Of a DNA stretch of 39,873 nucleotides, positions 27,131-34,331 are shown piece after piece. Every line of letters begins with the position of its first letter. Position 1 is the stretch's first letter. Source of the stretch: a virus (lineage: Duplodnaviria; Caudoviricetes); the IMG/VR virus record IMGVR_UViG_3300006851_000008, positions 1-39,873 of that record; one strand, 5' to 3'. The notes below the pieces were generated by a model. The model was not told where the DNA came from, did not search any database, and saw only the letters and a program-made list of their open reading frames with translations. Both the position numbers and the translations under genes were made by a program.

Positions 27131-29227
27131 TTACTCAATGCTTCTTTCGATTTCGTACCAAACTCCATCCACTTTTACAAGTTTCAAGAAGTCGGCATCG
27201 CTAGCTAATACTGCGCTACTATCTACATTGATAGTTGCATTGCTAGCAATTGTCAAGGCGTTTGTACCACCTACAATCTTAATCTCCTGTGCTTCGTTTC
27301 CGTTTAAGATGTCGGTTAGGTTTCCAGTACTGCCCACAAAGTGGAACACAGAAGCCTCATCAGCATCTATGGTAGTACCGTCAAAGTTCATACCTGGAGT
27401 GGTTACTGTTTCAGGCTCGCCAGTTCTAGACAATTCTTTAAAATCGCCATTGGCCTTCACTAACAAGGTTAGGGTTCCACCAGAAGACAAATCGAACTTC
27501 GGAGATATACCAGCAGCAGTGGATATTTCGCCCGTAACGTTGTTGTTCCCTTTTATCTTAATCACTTGTCCAGGATAAGCACCTTTAATTTTGGTGATAT
27601 TTCCTTTATAACTGTCGCGGAAAGTAACACGCTCAAAAGGCAAATTCAATTCGCCATTCTCCACTTCGTACAAGTGTACAAAGTAATCTGATCGGAACAT
27701 TGGCTGTCCGTTATGCCATACAAGCTGAACGCGGAATGCTTCTGGCGCATCATCGGCAATCTTGTTACCAGAATGAACTAGTTTAATTCCTATCTTGTAG
27801 TCAGCCAGAACGTAAATATTACGTTTAAGCATTTCTAAGGTATATAAACCTTTTTCGCCTGGTACATTTTCCATTAAACCAATGTTATCATCGGTAGTAA
27901 TAAACATGAAGTCTGTACCTTCCATATCCTCTAAGGTTTGGAAGCGAATGTTAGGGTAACCGTCTATAGTTACTTCCTCGTCCTTCTTGTAGTCTTGGTA
28001 CAATCCATTTAACTCTCGCTGTCGCAATGCATAAGCACGTAGCCAGCTAGGAGATAAATAATACACTAAGCCTGCTTGGTTTTTAACTTCCTGCGGAAGT
28101 GCGTCGGCCATATCTTTTACGTGGTCTACAATATTTTCTACTGTAGGCTTCGTAAAGTGCGCTACTTTAATTCGTCCTTCGTTCGTACGGTCGTACAAAC
28201 GCTTCAACAATCCATCTCTTGTATGGATAGCCATACCTGGCAAAGTAGCATCGTCTGGTGTAGGCACGTGAATACCTTTAATTAACGATAGGCGGTCTTC
28301 TGCTCTTGCTCTTTTGTCCCATCCTTTAATTAAGAATTGAACAAACGAAATGTTGTATGGTCCAGATGTTCCGTTAACGATTGGGTTTAACCAAGTTTCC
28401 ATAAGCTGTTGCAACCTATGTCCTGCTATTTCTAAGTCTATTGAAGTAGGGAAAACTCTGTTTTCCTCTAAGTAAATAGAGCTTACGCCTTTTGGCAACC
28501 AAGGCAATTTCCTTGCTTGGGTAATTGGACCGTATACGATGTTTCCATCGTCTGCGCGATCGTCTACATTATACTCAGTTTGCCAAAACGATGGTAAACC
28601 AAGTAAATCTCTTTGATACTCTCTAAGTACCGTAGGATTTTCGCGGTAAAAGTCGGCCAAGTCGCTATTTAAGGTTTCAAATGCAATAGTACCTTTTGCA
28701 AAACTTGGCTTAGCAACATTCTGTCCTGCTGCCAATAAGTTCCACGGCCTATTCTCGTCTAAGGAGTCGAATTCTTTTCCACTTGCAAACAAGTGTGTAG
28801 CCGAGTGCATGTTGGCTACCGCATCGGTTCCAGATGCAATCGGTTCGTCGATTGGTCTTTTCATAAATTCTATAATTTTAGCATTTGCTACTCTTGTTTC
28901 CGACAAGATGGTGTTAAACAACTCTTGTTCGTTAAGCTGTGATAAATCACGCTGTTCTCCTTCAATTCCTAATTCAGCAAGAAGCTCATTTCCTTGCTCG
29001 CGGAATCTTAGTAAATCCTCTCTACTAATCAGATCGGCATCCAAATCATTTTCTTCACCTTCTGCTAAGTATTGGTTTACTCGCTCAATTATGTTTTCGG
29101 CGTGTTTCTCACCCATAACTTCTATCAGCCGATTTTTCTCATCGTCTGTTAATTTTAGCTTGTCTTCATCGGTTTGGAGTTCAGCCCAACCAAACAAGCC
29201 CAATAAAAACGCTTTTACTTTTTTCAT
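27131..29227 (-). CDS. Major capsid protein with N-terminal scaffold-like region and C-terminal extra domains
   Basis: 698 aa directly after the protease; helical N-terminus; HK97-like core ('DGLL', 'YYLSPSW'). Confidence 0.7.
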   Translation of the reverse strand: MKKVKAFLLGLFGWAELQTDEDKLKLTDDEKNRLIEVMGEKHAENIIERVNQYLAEGEENDLDADLISREDLLRFREQGNELLAELGIEGEQRDLSQLNEQELFNTILSETRVANAKIIEFMKRPIDEPIASGTDAVANMHSATHLFASGKEFDSLDENRPWNLLAAGQNVAKPSFAKGTIAFETLNSDLADFYRENPTVLREYQRDLLGLPSFWQTEYNVDDRADDGNIVYGPITQARKLPWLPKGVSSIYLEENRVFPTSIDLEIAGHRLQQLMETWLNPIVNGTSGPYNISFVQFLIKGWDKRARAEDRLSLIKGIHVPTPDDATLPGMAIHTRDGLLKRLYDRTNEGRIKVAHFTKPTVENIVDHVKDMADALPQEVKNQAGLVYYLSPSWLRAYALRQRELNGLYQDYKKDEEVTIDGYPNIRFQTLEDMEGTDFMFITTDDNIGLMENVPGEKGLYTLEMLKRNIYVLADYKIGIKLVHSGNKIADDAPEAFRVQLVWHNGQPMFRSDYFVHLYEVENGELNLPFERVTFRDSYKGNITKIKGAYPGQVIKIKGNNNVTGEISTAAGISPKFDLSSGGTLTLLVKANGDFKELSRTGEPETVTTPGMNFDGTTIDADEASVFHFVGSTGNLTDILNGNEAQEIKIVGGTNALTIASNATINVDSSAVLASDADFLKLVKVDGVWYEIERSIE

Positions 29228-29242
29228 TTTTCTGTGTGTTGG

Positions 29243-30082
29243 TTATTTATTAATTTCTATAATGGTTAGTATTTCAGCTAGAGAGTGAACTCCATCTATC
29301 ATACCGTGCTTTAAAGCCTCGCTTGCTCGGAAGGTGTCGCCAGTTAGCTGGCCTTTTCCTTCCTTAATGTTTGGACGCGCTTGGCGTATTGCTTCTTGAA
29401 ACTTAATCGCTAACGGACTAAGTTCTTTTTCTAGAAGTTTTACCGCTTCCTTAGGATTATCGTCTATAAGACGACTAATTTTATTTTTGTCTTTAGATTC
29501 TTTAGGGTAAACATGATAAATACCCACACCCATTTTCTCAAAATACTTCTTAACTGTCATGAACGAAGTAGTGGCCCCAACAGATCCTACACCGGCAGTA
29601 ATATCATTATTGCAAAACACCATGCCTTCATCGGCCACAGCGCACACCATCCAATAGTGCAGCGAGTAAGCATTGTTTATGCTTGCAGCAATTGGTTTGC
29701 GTTTGCGTTTTGCAAATTCTATAAAGTGTGGAATAGCACTCGCTGCGCCACCCCAACCATCTACATCTAGCACAATAGAGCTAATGCGGTTATCGTTGTT
29801 TAACTTATCCAGCACGGCCACAGTTTCTACAGCCGATTGCCAGAACCAACTTGCATACGTAACCATACCACCACGAAGCTCTACAATAGCAGTAGAACCT
29901 TCGGTTATTTCATCGTACGGAACTGGATTTAACTCTTCGTCCATAAAACGAACAGGTGTGTATAGTTTCTTCTCTTGTTTGGGATTGTTGCCTAATAATG
30001 GCAACATAGTATGAAACGAGTATAACATTCGTTCGAATGCATTCTCAGTCATCAGGAAATTATCTTGTAGAATGGCGTTCAT
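29243..30082 (-). CDS. S49 (SppA/ClpP-like) prohead protease
   Basis: 'SIVLDVDGWGG', 'KPI', 'AYSLHYW', 'VGSVG', 'DKN', 'GMIDG'. Confidence 0.88.
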   Translation of the reverse strand: MNAILQDNFLMTENAFERMLYSFHTMLPLLGNNPKQEKKLYTPVRFMDEELNPVPYDEITEGSTAIVELRGGMVTYASWFWQSAVETVAVLDKLNNDNRISSIVLDVDGWGGAASAIPHFIEFAKRKRKPIAASINNAYSLHYWMVCAVADEGMVFCNNDITAGVGSVGATTSFMTVKKYFEKMGVGIYHVYPKESKDKNKISRLIDDNPKEAVKLLEKELSPLAIKFQEAIRQARPNIKEGKGQLTGDTFRASEALKHGMIDGVHSLAEILTIIEINK

Positions 30083-30118
30083 AATTGCTTTGTTTGTATA
30101 AATAAAGGTTAAAACCTG

Positions 30119-30589
30119 CTATTTAAGTGTTACATGGTTTAGCCTTAAATAAATGAACAGTGCTAGTAGCAACGCTAGTATAATAGAGATATAGAGTAGG
30201 GTAGGTTGTTTTCTGTCTACCTTTTTATCTTTCTTTTTAATTATTGTTTTATCGTCTTTTTGTTCCTTTCTTGTTTCGGTGTGGGTGGTGTCTTTTTGTG
30301 TAGTAGTGCTAGTTACATTTTTATTTATATTCACTTTCACTTTCATTCCTTTTGCGGTAGTTCCGGTACTGTCTGACGTATAGCTAGCGCTATCCGACAA
30401 GGGAGTGAACTCTATACTTATGTTGCTGTTATCTAGCAAGTGATGAATAAGCAATGTGCTTTGCTCAATAGACGATAGATCTATTGTTTCTACCACGTCG
30501 CGCTTTTCATTTTCTTTGACTATTTCTCGTTTTGCAGAACAGCCCATAACAATAAACAGAAACAATACTATGTATATGATTTTTTTCAT
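30119..30589 (-). CDS. Putative unimolecular spanin
   Basis: N-terminal lipobox (IVMG-C) and C-terminal TM helix; follows holin and endolysin. Confidence 0.65.
   Translation of the reverse strand: MKKIIYIVLFLFIVMGCSAKREIVKENEKRDVVETIDLSSIEQSTLLIHHLLDNSNISIEFTPLSDSASYTSDSTGTTAKGMKVKVNINKNVTSTTTQKDTTHTETRKEQKDDKTIIKKKDKKVDRKQPTLLYISIILALLLALFIYLRLNHVTLK
30128..30136 (-). promoter_or_regulatory. Putative late-promoter motif (head operon)
   Basis: CATGTAACA, 21 nt spacer, then TTTATTTA upstream of the protease. Confidence 0.5.
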
Positions 30590-31035
30590 GGCTTGACGCT
30601 GTATTTAGCTTCCTTAATAAAAATGATTGCTCCTGTTTTCTCGAAGGGTTCCATTGCTTTATGGAATCTGTTTAACGCTGCAAGGCTACTTGTTACATCT
30701 AGGTAGCCGTCTCCGTCTATATCGGCAGTGTGTGTGCCAGGAGCAATACAACCATTGAGTTGGTGATGATAGTTTGCTGCATGGATGCGAATTCCAGATC
30801 GGCCATCTACATTTTCCACTAACCAAAGTTTTCTTTCGAAACGTGGACTCCAGGTATATACCAAATTGTACATGCCAGGAGTAACGGAAGAAATCTTTTT
30901 TTCATTATTAATGTAGGAAAGCTCAAGGCAAACATCGGCGTATTTTGGAATACACTCATGTTCTACGGTAATAAAGCCAAGGGCTTGCTTATCGTCTTCT
31001 ACTTGTCTGTGTATGTATACTATAGGTTTACTCAT
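30586..31035 (-). CDS. Putative endolysin (DUF5675-like)
   Basis: 'LEL...N...S...G.Y', 'GRSGIRIHAAN..QLNGCIAPG'; lies between holin and spanin. Confidence 0.7.
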   Translation of the reverse strand: MSKPIVYIHRQVEDDKQALGFITVEHECIPKYADVCLELSYINNEKKISSVTPGMYNLVYTWSPRFERKLWLVENVDGRSGIRIHAANYHHQLNGCIAPGTHTADIDGDGYLDVTSSLAALNRFHKAMEPFEKTGAIIFIKEAKYSVKP

Positions 31036-31394
31036 TTGTTTGGATTTGGGGCCGATGTTAAGTTGCTTCCATGCAGACGAATTTCCCTAACAATATGCGT
31101 GGGCATTCTGTCCATTTTATTCTTCATGGAATCGTGAAATTGTTTGTTCTGTATAGAGCTTTCTCGCTGAATAGCGATTAGCTTTTTGTTCTGTTCGTTT
31201 TGTTGCAGAACAATGTCAGTGTAGTTTTTGTTCATGGATTTCGCCATGTCTTTCCACTCGTTGCTATTCTCGTCTATCTTACGATATAAGTGCCAAGCGA
31301 AGACACCTAAGAGCACTAGAAACACTCCAAGTAGTCCGTATTCTAATAAGCGCGAAGTGGAGCTATATACTATGTCTGAGGATAAGGGTATCAT
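31032..31394 (-). CDS. Putative holin
   Basis: Single N-terminal TM helix (YGLLGVFLVLLGVFAW), first gene of the lysis cassette. Confidence 0.6.
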   Translation of the reverse strand: MIPLSSDIVYSSTSRLLEYGLLGVFLVLLGVFAWHLYRKIDENSNEWKDMAKSMNKNYTDIVLQQNEQNKKLIAIQRESSIQNKQFHDSMKNKMDRMPTHIVREIRLHGSNLTSAPNPNK

Positions 31395-31437
31395 ACTTTT
31401 ATTTTTAATAAAAATACAAGTAGATACTATACAAATC

Positions 31438-31447
31438 TGTTACATGC
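31438..31447 (-). promoter_or_regulatory. Putative late-promoter motif (lysis operon)
   Basis: GCATGTAACA, 21 nt spacer, then TATTTTTA. Confidence 0.6.
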
Positions 31448-31448
31448 T

Positions 31449-32000
31449 TTAGTAGTAATTTGTAACGCGATTGGCCACTTGGGTCTGTATTCGTCGTAAT
31501 TTTGGCGACTCTTTTGCTCGGTAGTATAACATACGAATGGATTGTTCGCTAAAGTGTTCGTGCAAATTGTAGGCACTCATGTATTCTCTAATGCCCTCTA
31601 AGACTCCGCCTCGTTTTTTGTAGAATATTTGATAGGAGGAAACAAAGTAATATATGCTTATACGAAACATGTCTTCTAGCAGTTCGTTTAGTATGTCGTT
31701 ATGATCGTCGGTAAGCTCAAGGGCTTTTGTGCTAGACCTGTAGTTTATGTAGAACGTGCCAAAACGAGCAAGCCTGTGTTCCCTATCGTCTATGGATAGG
31801 TATATATTGTAATTACTTACCTTAATTTCTTTGTTAGTATGTTCTAGCATGGCAGTTAGCCACTTACCTAAGCTAGATTTGTTAGTTATTCTTACAACTT
31901 TTACCTTACGGCCAGAAAACACCCTTTCCACACCATCGAACTCTTGGTATAGAAAAGGCACTAAATGCTCGCGTATGTGGACTTGTTGGTTGGTCATCAT
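31449..32000 (-). CDS. Hypothetical protein, candidate late-transcription regulator
   Basis: 183 aa, basic; C-terminal helical '...SEQSIRMLYYR'; function is inference. Confidence 0.55.
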   Translation of the reverse strand: MMTNQQVHIREHLVPFLYQEFDGVERVFSGRKVKVVRITNKSSLGKWLTAMLEHTNKEIKVSNYNIYLSIDDREHRLARFGTFYINYRSSTKALELTDDHNDILNELLEDMFRISIYYFVSSYQIFYKKRGGVLEGIREYMSAYNLHEHFSEQSIRMLYYRAKESPKLRRIQTQVANRVTNYY

Positions 32001-32051
32001 TTATAAATTAAGTCAACTATTAGTTACTAGTAACTAAGAAAAGATACTACA

Positions 32052-32594
32052 TCATTTTAATTTTTCTACCTCTACTATAACCTCGTAATGATTAGAGTTA
32101 TACGCATTTTTAATTTGTATCCAAGTATTTAATAACACATCAAACTTCTCGATGAAAGAATAATAGTACTGTCTACCGCTACTGCTAACCTCCATGGTTT
32201 TTACATGATTATCCGTCTGTATAGTTACCGTGCCAGCTGTTCTGCCACCCTTTATCATTACGCTAACCGTAATTCGATAGATTCCATTTTGGGTTACACC
32301 TATTCTCCCAATAGGATCTCCAAACATGGCTTCATTACCAAATAGATCCTCGCTTTCTAAAGGCACCAAATCACCATTATTTAAATTAAGATCGGTGCGG
32401 AACAGAAATCTACCTATAGAGAAAATATTCCCTTGCACAGCATTATCTACATAGGCTTCTGTAGCATATCCCGCATCAGCATGATTACCCCAACCATATG
32501 CTTCGCCTCCATTGTTAATTAGAGTTTGTATATCCTCGGTTAATTGCCATTCTTTAAGTCCTTCCATGTTTGTTTTGTTTTTAGGTAAATTCAA
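32052..32594 (-). CDS. Short tail-fibre-like protein with C1q/BclA-like C-terminal domain
   Basis: GWGNHADAGYA motif shared with the 978-aa fibre; 'IGVTQNGIYRITVSV' beta motif. Confidence 0.55.
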   Translation of the reverse strand: MNLPKNKTNMEGLKEWQLTEDIQTLINNGGEAYGWGNHADAGYATEAYVDNAVQGNIFSIGRFLFRTDLNLNNGDLVPLESEDLFGNEAMFGDPIGRIGVTQNGIYRITVSVMIKGGRTAGTVTIQTDNHVKTMEVSSSGRQYYYSFIEKFDVLLNTWIQIKNAYNSNHYEVIVEVEKLK

Positions 32595-32880
32595 ATCTCA
32601 TATCCTCTTCCACAATTATTGTAGAGAAAGGAAAATCCTCCTTCGTTGCTTTAGATATTATTTCCATTAAGTTATTACTACCTGTTTCTACCATCCTTTT
32701 TTGGTTGTCTAATTCTATTTGCATTGTTAAATAATCACCTCCATATTTTGAAGGTGCAATTTTATAGCTATGTACAATTATCTTTCGGTTTAAGATTTGT
32801 CTTATTTTTATTTTATCGCCAACTATTCTATCAGTTTTACTTTTCTTAATATTCAACTGAGCGAATGACTTCACTTTCAT
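32581..32880 (-). CDS. DGR-adjacent small beta-rich protein (candidate accessory factor)
   Basis: 99 aa, basic, predicted beta strands, 'GDKIKI..ILN', 'TGS..L', 'FPF.T.I'; in RT operon. Confidence 0.7.
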   Translation of the reverse strand: MKVKSFAQLNIKKSKTDRIVGDKIKIRQILNRKIIVHSYKIAPSKYGGDYLTMQIELDNQKRMVETGSNNLMEIISKATKEDFPFSTIIVEEDMRFEFT

Positions 32881-33097
32881 TTACAGTGTGATTAAATTTA
32901 TTAATATTAATTTTATTTTGAATTCTTTCTATGTCAATAGGATAAGGAAGTCTTACCTGGTTATAACTCCAGCTTTCTGAGTTTCCCTTTTCTGTTTCTT
33001 CCTGGACTACATCAAAATTATAGTGGTACGTGCCATCGCCTAAATTCTCAATAGGATTTGGCTTGTGATCTGCGTTTGTTGTTTTTCTTGTTTCCAT
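32846..33097 (-). CDS. DGR-adjacent hypothetical protein
   Basis: 83 aa, overlaps the RT 3' end by 50 nt; 'IENLGDGTYHYNFDV' motif. Confidence 0.6.
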   Translation of the reverse strand: METRKTTNADHKPNPIENLGDGTYHYNFDVVQEETEKGNSESWSYNQVRLPYPIDIERIQNKININKFNHTVNESEVIRSVEY

Positions 33098-34052
33098 AAT
33101 TATCTAATTCTAAAGTTCTTAATAAGTTTTTAGTGTCGGCATGTTTGGCCCATCCGTAATAAGCAGCAATGCTTTTTTCTTTATTTGCTTTTACAGCTTT
33201 GGCCATGCTTTTTTTAATGCTTTTCCGCATTAAAGTATGAGTATGATAGTGTACATAACCTACCACGTCTATACCTCTTTTTTCCACAGGGAATACTTGG
33301 TAATTCTCTTTTATTTCTAGCTTAAGATTCTTTTTAAGATATTCTTGTACTAACCGGAACACCTCCCATAGCTCCTCCTTGCTATCTAATAATATTACCA
33401 TGTCATCTGCGTATCTATAGTAATACTTAACGCCCACTACTTGTTTAATCCAATGGTCAAAATAGGTTAAGTATAAGTTTGATAAACATTGCGACAGATA
33501 GTTGCCAATGGGCAAACCATCGGCACTTCTTATTATCTCGCTTATGAAATTTATAAAGTATTTATCTTTTACTTTCTTCTCTATAATCTCAAGCATGATA
33601 TTATGATTTATAGATGGGTAAAATTTCTTAATATCCATTTGCAGACAATATTTTGTCTCCTCAATATTGTTTGCTAAATCAGTCCTAAGCTTATAACTCA
33701 AAGCGTGTATACCTCTACCTTTTATACAACTATATGTGTCGGCCGTGAAAGTGCCTGTCCATATTGGCTCCATTATATTCATAATTGCATGATGCACTAT
33801 TCTATCCGGATAGTAAGGAAGCTTTGATATTTCCCTTTCTTTTGGCTTATACACCTTAAATACTTGGTATTCGGAGGTTTTATATTTACCTGTTTTTAAA
33901 AGAACATGTAATTTCTGAAGGTTAGCTTCACGATTCTCATCATGCTTTTTAACCTCCTTTCTTTTTGTTTTATTTATTCTAGCCCTTTCATCGGCTAGTT
34001 TTAAGTTTTTTATGCAATAGATTTTATTATATATATAACCTACTCTTTTCAT
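33048..34052 (-). CDS. DGR reverse transcriptase
   Basis: 'KEREI', 'YPDRIVHHA', 'DIKKFYPSI', DGR-type 'GLPIGNYLSQ' and 'YRYADD'; adjacent TR/VR pair. Confidence 0.97.
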   Translation of the reverse strand: MKRVGYIYNKIYCIKNLKLADERARINKTKRKEVKKHDENREANLQKLHVLLKTGKYKTSEYQVFKVYKPKEREISKLPYYPDRIVHHAIMNIMEPIWTGTFTADTYSCIKGRGIHALSYKLRTDLANNIEETKYCLQMDIKKFYPSINHNIMLEIIEKKVKDKYFINFISEIIRSADGLPIGNYLSQCLSNLYLTYFDHWIKQVVGVKYYYRYADDMVILLDSKEELWEVFRLVQEYLKKNLKLEIKENYQVFPVEKRGIDVVGYVHYHTHTLMRKSIKKSMAKAVKANKEKSIAAYYGWAKHADTKNLLRTLELDNYGNKKNNKRRSQAKSY

Positions 34053-34158
34053 TTTGCTTTACTTTGAATCCCTTTCTACAATTAAGATACTAAGGCTTCT
34101 TTTTCATTATACTTTATTTTTTACCAAGAGGTATGGTCCATGAAAACTTCATTTTCTT

Positions 34159-34274
34159 AAGCTATGTCGAGCGCCGGAATTCGCGTTCGTATTCGTAGGA
34201 GCGTTATTCGTATTCGTGGCAAACGCACCCGCATTCGTGCCATTATTACCCGAACCACCCACGCGAACCGCCCT
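34159..34274 (-). repeat. DGR template repeat (TR)
   Basis: 116-bp copy of VR at 183-bp offset; nine AAY codons; all 11 mismatches at TR adenines. Confidence 0.96.
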
Positions 34275-34302
34275 TGTTTTCATGCCACCGTTTTTGTTTT
34301 TT

Positions 34303-34323
34303 GGGGCGAAAAATATTCGCCCC
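34303..34323. other. DGR target-recognition hairpin downstream of VR/IMH
   Basis: Perfect 8-bp stem GGGGCGAA/TTCGCCCC with a 5-nt loop, 8 nt beyond the target stop codon. Confidence 0.8.
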
Positions 34324-34331
34324 GTGTTCGC

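Noticed and set aside
26350-30014. Numerous + strand ORFs opposite the tube, capsid and protease genes (similar ones opposite tape measure and fibre)
   Set aside because: Antisense shadows of long minus-strand genes, with no recognisable motifs.
33048-34052. Group II intron, retron or Abi RT
   Set aside because: Short RT with the DGR SQ motif instead of PQG, no maturase or endonuclease domain, and an adjacent A-specific TR/VR pair.
1-34150. A second VR elsewhere in the window
   Set aside because: No further TR-like sequence seen by eye; remote targets outside the window cannot be excluded.
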